Positions 1 through 8,479 of a stretch of DNA of 64,000 nucleotides are shown piece after piece. The first letter of the stretch is position 1, and each line of letters starts with the position of its first letter. The notes under the pieces are model-generated. The model was not told the DNA's origin, made no database searches, and worked only from the letters and a program-made list of their open reading frames with translations. This DNA is from an uncultured Acidobacteriota bacterium (lineage in GTDB: Bacteria; Acidobacteriota; Terriglobia; Terriglobales; Acidobacteriaceae), in NCBI GenBank assembly GCA_963820895.1, contig CAWGBW010000004.1, positions 10,023 to 74,022 of the forward strand, read 5' to 3'. Made by a program: the position numbers and the translations under genes.

Positions 1-133
1 TTGACGATCGGATCGAGACTCGCGCCGATGGGACAGCGACTCCATTTTCGTCGATGACTGCGACGACCGGCGGGGGAACGGACTGAGCAGCAGCGGTGCA
101 GACAACCGCGACAATAAAGAAGAAAGCACGCAT
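1..133 (-). CDS. 5' end of a secreted protein gene that runs off the left edge
   Basis: Hand translation of the minus strand: ATG at 133-131, then MRAFFFIVAVVCTAAAQSVPPPVVAVIDENG... stays open to position 1. It is absent from the ORF track because there is no stop in the window. Confidence 0.4.
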   Translation of the reverse strand, partial: MRAFFFIVAVVCTAAAQSVPPPVVAVIDENGVAVPSARVSIRSS

Positions 134-635
134 GCCCGTTTCCGGATTATGTCATGGCCGTGCGTGGGAGTCTTTTCCGGTTTTCGGAGAAGGCTGGTTG
201 GCGCAAAAGGTTCTACCGGATGATCAAGGCGGTCTGCCCGGCGTTCCACCTATTCCGGATCCGGTGAATTCGCGTTATAATTTCAGAAGGTCTACGTTTA
301 ATGCTCTCCCTGTCCTCCCGCGAAGCCCTCAACCTCACAGTGTTATTTGCCGGAATTGCCAGTCAATTGCGCGCAGCCGATGCGAATTCAGCCAAAGCCG
401 GATTGTATGAGACGGCCAGCCGCGTAGCGTTCTTGAAGGCCCACGTCCTCGCAAGTAGAGAGCGAGCCTGCCCCATATTTGGCGAACCATTCCGCGTTGC
501 TCCATGCGCAAATACGATTGTCTGAGGTCCGGCGTCCCGTTTTTCTCAACACTTTCCGCTGGAGCTTGGCTCTAACACAGCACTGGCTGGCATCAGCGCT
601 TCGGTTCAGACTGGTGTCTAAAGATAGGGATCGTT

Positions 636-1094
636 ATGCAATCTTCTGACTTCATGTTGCGAGCGATCGCTGTTTTCAAGTTCGCAAAGGCAGCCCTGCT
701 CATTGCCTTGTCTCTCGGCGCGTTCCGACTGATGAACCGGGATGTGGGGGCGGAAGCCGAGCACTGGGTTCGTGCCGTTGGCCTCGATCCGGGAAACCAC
801 TATGTCGATTCGGCGCTGACGAAGGCGTCTCTGCTGAATACCACGCAAATCAAGCATCTGGGCATGGGCGGATTGTTTTACGCTTCACTTTTCCTGACGG
901 AAGGAACGGGATTGTGGTTGCGCAAGCGGTGGGCGGAGTGGATGACGACGATCCTCACCAGCACGCTCGTGCCGGTCGAGATCTATGAGATCTGGCGGCA
1001 TCCGACCGCGGTCAAGGTGCTGGTGTTGCTGATCAATATCGGGATCGTGATTTTCCTGATCCGTCAAATCAAGGTGGAAGCTAGTTCTCGCTAG
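636..1094 (+). CDS. DUF2127-like small membrane protein
   Basis: 152-aa ORF with four hydrophobic segments. The sequence pattern matches the DUF2127 family as I remember it. Confidence 0.65.
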   Translation: MQSSDFMLRAIAVFKFAKAALLIALSLGAFRLMNRDVGAEAEHWVRAVGLDPGNHYVDSALTKASLLNTTQIKHLGMGGLFYASLFLTEGTGLWLRKRWAEWMTTILTSTLVPVEIYEIWRHPTAVKVLVLLINIGIVIFLIRQIKVEASSR

Positions 1095-2502
1095 CGGTTG
1101 GTGTCGTGGACGCTCCGGCGGTCGCAACCTCGTCTCGAATATGCCTCAACACTCTCAGGTGAATGCGATGGATAATCGCATCCGACCAGGCGCGCCAATA
1201 TCCCGACGGCCATAGGCCATGCCTGTACCAGGTGGTGCCCTCGAGATGGGTTCCTCCGTTCGCCAGGGGAATCAGCAGGAACTGACCGCCTTCCGAAACG
1301 AGGAACCCGTGCAGATGCGGAGGCTCAATGTGTGAGTACGGAGTCCATTCCTCCATCGGAGGAGGATTCGAAGTGACAGAGAATTTCAGACGGCGGGGCG
1401 CATCCCATATCTCGATGGGTTCGACAAACGACCCAGTTGAAAATACGCAGTGCCGCTCAGCGCCAACACCACTACCCAGCATCTCCGCCCGTATGGGATA
1501 CGCAATGCCGGCGCGGAACATCCATTCGGTTGGCGGCGGAATTTCTGAGAATGCGACGACTTGCTTCCAAACTCTTTCGGGCGGGGCTTGGACATCGATC
1601 GATGTGCGCACGATGTAAACGGAAGAAGGAACAGCGGCGATGTGCTCCATCCACTCCACACCAGGAGCAAACAGCAGCAACGCCGCCAGAATGACGGGGG
1701 TTTCGGTCCTCAGTTGACGTTTCTGTACCGCATAGGCGCACGCTCCTCCAAATGCAGACAGCGGGAATGCCAGCGGCGCGGCCATAATCAGGCAGAAAAA
1801 TCCTTCAAGAGCGAACGCCATAAGACCCGCTCCCAGTACGCCGACAGACAGGCAGGCGACTCCGATGCAACTCTTCAGGCTGCGCCGTTGGTGGATGCTG
1901 TAGACCAGCGCTGCGACGAAACCCATCGCAAACGGCAGGGCTATGAACATTCCCCATCCGTAGTTAAGAAGCAGCCGCGCTCCCAGCAGGGTGGTGGCAA
2001 AACCCACCGGCAGCGTGATGAGTACGGAGGAGGCCGCGCTTCCAAGGGAACTGCGGGGAACAATCCGTGAAAGGAACGCGTTTTTGGATTGTTCAAAGGT
2101 TTGTCCGGAATGGTGAGGATCGCTCTCGGGCAAAAGGCATAACACGAGGAAAAACAACAAATTCAAGACCGGAAAGAAGAACAAGGCCACCAGGTTCGCG
2201 GACAGCCCGGCGCTTCTGAGCCGCTTGACGGTCATGGCCACGCCGACCCAGATGAAGGGTAAGGCAACCCCCACCAAAGTGGCGAGAAAGACAGCGTCTT
2301 GGCTGCCGACTCGGGTGATCCTGGTGACGTCACGAACGGGGACCCAGTAGTTGAAGAATCCCCACGGCCGGTTAAATCCGAAGGTGGCGATAAGGCGATC
2401 AATATTGTGTTTGACTGCAAATCCCACAAGCCCGACTAGGGCGTAGGTGCTGCGGTTGACGGTTCCGCTCGTACTCCAAAGTTGGGAAAGATTTTTTCTC
2501 AA
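1081..2502 (-). CDS. Multi-pass membrane protein with a C-terminal SRPBCC (START/polyketide-cyclase-like) domain
   Basis: 473-aa ORF. The N-terminal two thirds are hydrophobic (DUF805-like start). The C-terminal segment SIDVQAPPERVWKQV...GGTHLEGTTWY is typical of SRPBCC. Confidence 0.7.
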   Translation of the reverse strand: MRKNLSQLWSTSGTVNRSTYALVGLVGFAVKHNIDRLIATFGFNRPWGFFNYWVPVRDVTRITRVGSQDAVFLATLVGVALPFIWVGVAMTVKRLRSAGLSANLVALFFFPVLNLLFFLVLCLLPESDPHHSGQTFEQSKNAFLSRIVPRSSLGSAASSVLITLPVGFATTLLGARLLLNYGWGMFIALPFAMGFVAALVYSIHQRRSLKSCIGVACLSVGVLGAGLMAFALEGFFCLIMAAPLAFPLSAFGGACAYAVQKRQLRTETPVILAALLLFAPGVEWMEHIAAVPSSVYIVRTSIDVQAPPERVWKQVVAFSEIPPPTEWMFRAGIAYPIRAEMLGSGVGAERHCVFSTGSFVEPIEIWDAPRRLKFSVTSNPPPMEEWTPYSHIEPPHLHGFLVSEGGQFLLIPLANGGTHLEGTTWYRHGLWPSGYWRAWSDAIIHRIHLRVLRHIRDEVATAGASTTPTASEN

Positions 2503-2645
2503 ATTCGCACCTCACCAACTTGATGTTTCTTTTAATTCTGTCGCAACAGAACATACTGTAATTAATGCACATGGTCAAGTGCAAATTTATCGTCCGCCTG
2601 ATTCGTCCTCAGGCCTGTTTCACCTTGACTGCACTGCATTGTTTT

Positions 2646-3065
2646 CTAGGCTTTGGTGGCCAGGAACTGGCAGACGCGTTCGATCGTGTCCCGCTGGCCG
2701 TCGTTCAGTGTGAGGAATTCGAATCCGTAGCGAAGGCCTTGACGGTAGCGCACGATCGCGCGGACTTTGATGGGATATGGAGTCAGCGGAAGAGGGATAT
2801 CGAGGGTGACGATCTCGCCGGGTTCCAGGCTGCCGGTCAGCGTGGCGCCGATGCCATCCTGTCCCATCTCTGTGGAGCGTCCCCAGCAAGTGCGAAACTC
2901 GCCGGCCTGGAACATCTTGACCTGGAGCCGCATATCGATCGGAAAGCGTGGAAACCGCCTCGTGTAGACCACTTTTGCCTTGCCGGGGGCTGTCTCGGAG
3001 GGGCTTGCGCTCGAGCTTGCGTCGGCGCCGGCGGCTGCGGCTAGAGCTTGCTTGTCTTTACTCAT
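2646..3065 (-). CDS. PilZ domain protein
   Basis: RRFPRFPI...(D/S)xSxxG-type PilZ motifs (RRFPRF, EMGQDGIGA). Confidence 0.8.
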   Translation of the reverse strand: MSKDKQALAAAAGADASSSASPSETAPGKAKVVYTRRFPRFPIDMRLQVKMFQAGEFRTCWGRSTEMGQDGIGATLTGSLEPGEIVTLDIPLPLTPYPIKVRAIVRYRQGLRYGFEFLTLNDGQRDTIERVCQFLATKA

Positions 3066-3132
3066 CTTCTACTCGTTCAATGTTGCGCAAGCCAACAATC
3101 TTTTGAGTCACATCTCTTGTCGAATCGCCGGC

Positions 3133-3645
3133 TCAGTTGCCGTGCAGTAAATATCCCGGCTCAAGCGGGAGCTTGCCTGCAATCTTCACTACCGAAACGC
3201 TGCTGTTGATGGCATAGACATCGACCACGCCGATTGCGCCCGGGATCGATGCAACCTTATTGACCAGCTCCTCGTCGGACTCGACGATCAGGATCGCAGG
3301 ATGTCCCATGCGCCCGTGGTTCGCCGCGGTTACGAGCTCTTTCACCTGTGATTCGGGCAGCTCGTAGACCTTCTCGAGGAACACCTTCATCTCCGAAGAG
3401 GCCGGAGCGCGCATGATAAACGTGACGGACTTTCCGTCGGCCCAACGATTGGTCTGGCCCTTTGAAACCTTTACCAGGTCGGGCACAGTGATGACGGATA
3501 CGCCGTTAGCCTTGTTAGAGACCACGGCAAGATCGCGCGCCGCCGCAAGGGAAACGGCAGACGCAAGGAACATGGTTGCGGCAATGATTCGACGGTAGAA
3601 CACACTCGCTCCCGAAAAAGGGAATCGGCCTGCCGCAATTTTCAT
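3133..3645 (-). CDS. Secreted hypothetical protein, periplasmic-binding-protein-like
   Basis: 170-aa ORF with a signal peptide. It loosely resembles a phosphate/anion substrate-binding domain. Confidence 0.5.
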   Translation of the reverse strand: MKIAAGRFPFSGASVFYRRIIAATMFLASAVSLAAARDLAVVSNKANGVSVITVPDLVKVSKGQTNRWADGKSVTFIMRAPASSEMKVFLEKVYELPESQVKELVTAANHGRMGHPAILIVESDEELVNKVASIPGAIGVVDVYAINSSVSVVKIAGKLPLEPGYLLHGN

Positions 3646-3803
3646 GGAATTTAGTCATCAGCTCAACGTAACTAAGGTCATGTCCTTGCACCAGGCCGAA
3701 CTTCCTGTTGAAAACAAGGAAGATTCACCCGGTTTTTAGGGGATTGGCAGCCGCCTTGGAATAGGTTAGGCTATGCCTTCTATTAATAAGGACTCTTTCC
3801 CCC

Positions 3804-4016
3804 ATGACGAATCGTGTCGCCTACGCTCCGCAAGACTTCCAGAAAATGTGCAAACAGGCCGAGAGAGATCAGGAATCCAGAAAGCTCGTAGCTCTGATGG
3901 AACGCGTGAAGAAGCAGATTGCCGAACGCGAACATCCGGGCCTCGTCAACACCTCGTTGGGCGCTCCGTCTGGCGTGTTGCGGCTGCCCAGCCGTTCCGT
4001 TCCCATCGAAAGATAG
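3804..4016 (+). CDS. Small charged helical hypothetical protein
   Basis: 70-aa ORF with no clear SD. A 108-aa ORF overlaps it on the opposite strand, so the strand call is uncertain. Confidence 0.3.
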   Translation: MTNRVAYAPQDFQKMCKQAERDQESRKLVALMERVKKQIAEREHPGLVNTSLGAPSGVLRLPSRSVPIER

Positions 4017-4170
4017 CTGCAGCAATTCCAACGCGACAATCCGTTTTTCCAATTCACCGAAGGAAAACTTTTTTCGTTCGTAAAGTTTTTTTGCGCTAGA
4101 ATGACTCATCGAGTTCGCCTTGAAGTGGGCGAGTGCGGGTTTGTGATTGCCTTCCCCCAGGAGGTAGTAG

Positions 4171-4614
4171 ATGTACCGGCCTTACACGAGTTCCCAAGCG
4201 GAATTTCGTACGTTTCCAGACGTTCAGTCTCAATTGCGCGAGCTCACCCAGGATTTTGCAACCTCTTTTAACACCGGCAATTACGACCAGGCTGCGATCA
4301 TGTTTGCCAGCGACGGCGTCTTGATGGCCCCGCAATATGAGGGGGCTTACGGACAGAAGTTGGTGGAGCGTCTTCTTCGCCAGTTAGGCGAAGCGGGCTA
4401 CAGCGATTTGCGCCTGGAAACTACGCGGGTGGATCATTCGGGCGACATGGCCATGGAAATCGGCCGCTTCTCCCTGGTCGTGCGTAAAGCCGATGGCACG
4501 CTCGCTCCTGAGCACGGCAAGTATGTGAAGGTGTGGCGCCGTCTCGGAGCGTGGCTCATCCTCGCGGATTGCTGGAGCCGAACCGCCGCTGCCGCGACGG
4601 ACCGGGCTGCCTGA
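4171..4614 (+). CDS. NTF2-like (DUF4440/SnoaL-like) protein
   Basis: 147-aa ORF preceded by GGAGG. Sequence pattern fits the NTF2-like fold. Confidence 0.7.
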   Translation: MYRPYTSSQAEFRTFPDVQSQLRELTQDFATSFNTGNYDQAAIMFASDGVLMAPQYEGAYGQKLVERLLRQLGEAGYSDLRLETTRVDHSGDMAMEIGRFSLVVRKADGTLAPEHGKYVKVWRRLGAWLILADCWSRTAAAATDRAA

Positions 4615-4652
4615 TCGGAACGTACGAGGTTGCAAGAGTTTGCCGTAATCTG

Positions 4653-4673
4653 CTCCGCATCTTTGATGCGGAG
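4653..4673 (+). terminator. Hairpin downstream of the NTF2-like gene
   Basis: CTCCGCATC-TTT-GATGCGGAG forms a perfect 9-bp stem. The following T-tract is weak. Confidence 0.4.
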
Positions 4674-4676
4674 TAA

Positions 4677-4859
4677 TTGTGTCCGGGCATGGACGAGCCA
4701 GAACGCGCTATGGAACCGAACGTTTCGCGTCGAGCGGACATGAAGACCGCCGATCCCGGGCAGTATTGTCCTAACTGCTCGCAAAAGCTTCACGAGAGCC
4801 GCTGCAAATTGAAGTGTCCGCAGTGCGGATTTTATTTAAGCTGCTCGGATTTCTACTGA
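4677..4859 (+). CDS. Small zinc-ribbon protein (CPNC...CPQC)
   Basis: 60-aa ORF with two CxxC pairs. The true start is probably an internal ATG. Confidence 0.4.
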   Translation: MCPGMDEPERAMEPNVSRRADMKTADPGQYCPNCSQKLHESRCKLKCPQCGFYLSCSDFY

Positions 4860-5017
4860 TTAAGAGCAACCGCCTTTTCTGCGTTCATTCCCGAAAACTT
4901 GAATTTAAATTTCTGGCGATTGGCCGTGCCAAACGGACCGCCACACGCGCGACAGAGCGGAAGCCTTCCGTCTACAATGGGTGGGCATTCGACTGAAATC
5001 ATATTGAGGAGAACGTC

Positions 5018-5440
5018 ATGCAACGCAAAGCTAGCGCAGTTTGGAAAGGTGGATTGAAGGATGGCAAGGGATCCCTTTCCGCTCCCGGTGGAGTTCTGAA
5101 CAATACGCAATATTCTTTTTCGACCCGCTTCGAGAACGCGCCGGGAACGAATCCCGAGGAATTGATTGCGGCCGCCCACGCCGGATGTTTTTCGATGGCG
5201 CTTTCAGGACAGCTCGGTGGAGCGAACCTGACAGCCGACAGTATTTCGACCACGGTCACGCTTACGCTCGAGAAACTGGATTCCGGCTGGACGATCACCA
5301 CAAGCCACATTGATGTATCCGCAAAGGTGCCCGGCGCGGACGCAGCGACATTCCAGAAGTGCGCCGAAGCGGCGGAAAAGGGCTGCCCCGTATCGAAGGT
5401 CCTGAACGCAAAGATTTCGATGAGCGCGAAATTGGAGTAG
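5018..5440 (+). CDS. osmC: OsmC family peroxiredoxin
   Basis: 140-aa ORF with a GAGGAG SD. The NPEELIAAAHAGCFSMAL and GCPVSKVL motifs are typical of OsmC. Confidence 0.9.
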   Translation: MQRKASAVWKGGLKDGKGSLSAPGGVLNNTQYSFSTRFENAPGTNPEELIAAAHAGCFSMALSGQLGGANLTADSISTTVTLTLEKLDSGWTITTSHIDVSAKVPGADAATFQKCAEAAEKGCPVSKVLNAKISMSAKLE

Positions 5441-5449
5441 TTCGAGAAT

Positions 5450-6664
5450 CTACTCTTGCTTCAGTTGCGCCAGCATCTTCTGGATCGCCTGGTCGAACTG
5501 GGCAGGGGAGTGGATCGCGAACGTCCTGCCGTCGGCTGATTTCACCAGGCGCTGGATCGCGTCGGGAAAGTCTCCGCCGATAGAAGGATAATATTCGAAA
5601 TAGAAGAACGGCGGGCTCTCCGGCTTTCTGGCCGCAAGCAGCCCGTCGTTCACCTTCACGTCCATGCGGGCATGGGGACCGAGGAAGATCACTGCGTCGG
5701 ATCGATCCGGGCCGGTGAGCTCTTTATTTGCGAGCGTCTCCAGGAATTCCGGCGAGTTGCGTCGCTTCAGAGCCTGCACCGAAACGCTTGCCGTTTCGAT
5801 TTCTTTCAGCGCATGCGAAAGTGCGAGGAACGCCTTGGCGTCGAAATGCTCTTCGTGAAAAATCTCTCTCTGCTGCTCGAGATTGAAAGCGATCACTCGA
5901 ACCGATTTGTAGGGCGTCTGCCTCAGCACCGAGAAAATACACTCGAGCAAGAAGGCACGATCCCACGCGCGCAGGACTGGCTGATACGGATAGATCGGCG
6001 CCGCGTCGATAAAAACGGTCAGATGCAGGCCGCCTCTTTCCGCTGGCGGCGTGATATTCCATGACACGCGATCAATAGGCTCGACGGTGAGCGGATCGAT
6101 TGCCAGGCGTACCTCGCGCTGGTCCTTCTTCGGAGTGACCTGCACCTTCCAGCGCCGGCGACAGGTACGGTTCTTGTCGTCGATTACAAGCGCCTCGATC
6201 GAATACTCTCCGGCGCCCACGCATATCACTCCACTCATCCCGACTTCATTCTTCATTTTCCTTACATCTTTTCCGGCAGCCTTGCGCATTGCAGGAGAGA
6301 GTTCGGGCAGGTGAAACGCAGATCCGAATAGTGTCGGAGATTTTCCTGCGGGAGTGACGCGCAGGTAGATCAGCACTCTGGCTTTCTCTCCTTCGAACTC
6401 TCCCACCGGGCAGCGAACGGCGTATCCGGTCACGAAGCGCAAAGCGAAATCGAGGCTCGGCTTCCATTCATCGATTGCGCAACGCAGGGAGTCAGGTTCG
6501 GAAGAGTCGAAGGAGGCAGTGACCTTCTCAACGTCGTCGGGCGCCAACGGTAGCTGGGCACTCGCCGCTGTTGCGGCGCAGGCGACGCACAACAAAATCG
6601 CGAAAATTCGGCGCACTGCTACGTCTCTCCCAGAAGTCAGGATTCTATCGTGAGCGGCCAGCAT
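5450..6664 (-). CDS. Secreted hypothetical protein
   Basis: ORF-track entry 5450..6871, trimmed to the ATG at 6664 (MLAAHDR...signal peptide...AQLPLAP). The upstream extension is the reverse translation of the tRNA. Confidence 0.6.
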   Translation of the reverse strand: MLAAHDRILTSGRDVAVRRIFAILLCVACAATAASAQLPLAPDDVEKVTASFDSSEPDSLRCAIDEWKPSLDFALRFVTGYAVRCPVGEFEGEKARVLIYLRVTPAGKSPTLFGSAFHLPELSPAMRKAAGKDVRKMKNEVGMSGVICVGAGEYSIEALVIDDKNRTCRRRWKVQVTPKKDQREVRLAIDPLTVEPIDRVSWNITPPAERGGLHLTVFIDAAPIYPYQPVLRAWDRAFLLECIFSVLRQTPYKSVRVIAFNLEQQREIFHEEHFDAKAFLALSHALKEIETASVSVQALKRRNSPEFLETLANKELTGPDRSDAVIFLGPHARMDVKVNDGLLAARKPESPPFFYFEYYPSIGGDFPDAIQRLVKSADGRTFAIHSPAQFDQAIQKMLAQLKQE

Positions 6665-6786
6665 CAGACCGTTCGACGAGAGCAAAGCTCGCGGGCCGGA
6701 CGTTTGACAGATGGTCGTCCGCCTGTAGAATAGAACGGTTGGTCTTCCTGTTTCAGCAGCGAAATGTCGCTGCTGCAAGTCCACTA

Positions 6787-6873
6787 GCCATCGTGGCGGA
6801 ATTGGCAGACGCGCATGGTTCAGGTCCATGTACCGGCAACGGTGTGGGGGTTCGAGTCCCTTCGATGGCACCA
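6787..6873 (+). tRNA. tRNA-Leu (anticodon CAG), CCA encoded
   Basis: Acceptor stem GCCATCG/CGATGGC, anticodon arm CATGG-TTCAGGT-CCATG, long variable arm, T-loop GGTTCGAGTCC, terminal ACCA. Confidence 0.93.
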
Positions 6874-7163
6874 GGCTCTTGACTAGCGAGGTCCCTCGCT
6901 ATGCTCGCCCGCGGTTCAGTCCCGCAAGCGCATCCAGTTTTGAATTTCTTCCATAGCATTTTCCAAAGTCTGTACACGTAGCTCGCTCCCCGCTCCTGCC
7001 AAACAGGCAAAGCCGGGAGGCACCCTTCGTGGGAATGATGCAAACGAGAAAACAAAGGCAGCCATCCACCGCGGAACGACGCTACATCGCAGAGCGTAGA
7101 ATTCTGAGGCTTCCAAAATCGCACGTCGTTTCGTGGCGTTCCGGGCACCGAGATAGGGAGTCA

Positions 7164-7568
7164 ATGATGCAAGTAAGTCAGCCTCAAGTTTGGAAAGCTA
7201 CTCCTTTCACTATCGAGCGCAAAGAAGGCAAGGCTTCCGGCACTTTGATTTTCTGTCTTCACGGACCCTTTACCGCACGCGATATGTTCGGCACTTTGGC
7301 ACCTATCGCCCTGCACAACTTATTAAGTTTCCAATCGGCGCCGAGCGATGAGATGCCGGCTCTGAACATCCTCGATCTCAGCGATGTTCCCTACATGGAT
7401 TCCACCGGCTTGGGCAGGATAGTCGGCCACTTTGTCCACTGCCGGGGTAAAGGCGTCCGGATGATTGCCGCGGGAGCGAACCCGCGCGTCCTCGAACTGT
7501 TCCGGATGACCAAGGTCGACTCGGTCATTCCCATAACCGCTACAGTCGAAGAAGCAGATATCCAGTAA
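7164..7568 (+). CDS. STAS domain protein (anti-sigma-factor antagonist-like)
   Basis: ORF 7029..7568 trimmed to the ATG at 7164 (SD GGGAG). Contains DLSDVPYMDSTGLG, typical of STAS/SpoIIAA. Confidence 0.75.
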   Translation: MMQVSQPQVWKATPFTIERKEGKASGTLIFCLHGPFTARDMFGTLAPIALHNLLSFQSAPSDEMPALNILDLSDVPYMDSTGLGRIVGHFVHCRGKGVRMIAAGANPRVLELFRMTKVDSVIPITATVEEADIQ

Positions 7569-7584
7569 CGATCTCCGTGGAAGC

Positions 7585-7649
7585 GCTCAACTGCGTTTCA
7601 AACTCCAACAAAGAATTGAAAGTGGATCCGACGCTACTGCAGGTTCGCG
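7585..7649 (+). repeat. Weak attC-like palindrome
   Basis: GCTCAAC|TGCGTTTC...GACGCTACTGCAG|GTTCGC. Only the end motifs resemble the family. Confidence 0.3.
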
Positions 7650-7711
7650 TATTCTGCTTACACTTCTCTTAGGAAGGACAGCAGTGCTTTCGTAGGTTCT
7701 TCCAGTTTTCT

Positions 7712-7797
7712 GCCGATAGTCGGTGAAACGTCGGCATGTCACTCATTGAGGGGCTGGCAGGTCAATGGGGGTAAAAGCCCGGTTTCGACAGTCTGAA
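7712..7797 (+). repeat. attC-like imperfect palindrome
   Basis: AGTCGGTGAAACGTCGGCATGTCACTCATTGAGG...GTCAATGGGGGTAAAAGCCCGGTTTCGACAG|TCTGAA. Confidence 0.6.
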
Positions 7798-7828
7798 CTA
7801 GTAGACTGCGCTACGGGGTGCAGTCACG

Positions 7829-8404
7829 GTGCGTGAGTACGACCTGATTGCGGAGTGGTACGCATCGACACGCATCGATACAACGGGAGTACATGAAGCC
7901 ACCGCGCTAGCATCATCGCTCCTGCGCGGATCGCTTGTTCTGGACATTGGGTGCGGAAATGGCATTCCACTTACGAAAGCATTGTTGAGCAGGGAACATC
8001 GTGTTGTCTCGCTTGACAGTTCTGGCGCAATGCTCCGTCATTTTCGACTCAACTACCCCGCAATGCCTGCCGTTCAGGCAATCGTGCAGTCCTGCCCATT
8101 CAGCGATAGCATCTTCGATGCAGCGGTCGCTTGGGGCATCATGTTCCATCTCAATCCGGAAGATCAGATTAGGGCAATTGCGAACGTCTCGCGTGTCCTC
8201 AAGCTCGGTGCACCCTTCCTTTTCACGTCCGGAGACGAGGACTGCCTCCACGGTAAAGTAAGCACCATGAACGGGGTGGAGTTCCGACATTTTTCCTACA
8301 GCATCGATACGTATGGGCGTTTGCTTCGGGATCACGGTTTCACATTGGCCAACGTTCATGCGGATTCTGGCAATAACCTTTACTATCTGGCGAAGAAAGG
8401 CTGA
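7829..8404 (+). CDS. Class I SAM-dependent methyltransferase (cassette ORF)
   Basis: VLDIGCGNG motif I. The stop codon overlaps the AAC end of the next repeat. Confidence 0.8.
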   Translation: MREYDLIAEWYASTRIDTTGVHEATALASSLLRGSLVLDIGCGNGIPLTKALLSREHRVVSLDSSGAMLRHFRLNYPAMPAVQAIVQSCPFSDSIFDAAVAWGIMFHLNPEDQIRAIANVSRVLKLGAPFLFTSGDEDCLHGKVSTMNGVEFRHFSYSIDTYGRLLRDHGFTLANVHADSGNNLYYLAKKG

Positions 8405-8479
8405 ACTGGCGTTATATCGCCATAATGCTCTTTGATCTTGTATCCGAAGTGAGCGTCAGGCCTTTTTCGTCAGTGCGGC
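8400..8479 (+). repeat. attC-like imperfect palindrome
   Basis: GCTGAAC|TGGCGTTATATCGCCATAATGCTCTTTGA...GTGAGCGTCAGGCCTTTTTCGTCAG|TGCGGC. It overlaps the stop codons of both flanking ORFs. Confidence 0.6.

Noticed and set aside
96-525. ORFs 96..410 and 301..525 (+)
   Set aside because: They have no SD and no recognisable features. The region is probably the promoter/leader of the divergent left-edge gene and the DUF2127 gene.
6665-6871. N-terminal 69 codons of ORF 5450..6871 (MPSKGLEPPHRCRYMDLNHARLPIPPRW...)
   Set aside because: This stretch is the reverse-strand translation of tRNA-Leu (6787-6873) and its flank. The real CDS starts at the ATG at 6664, which is followed by a signal peptide.
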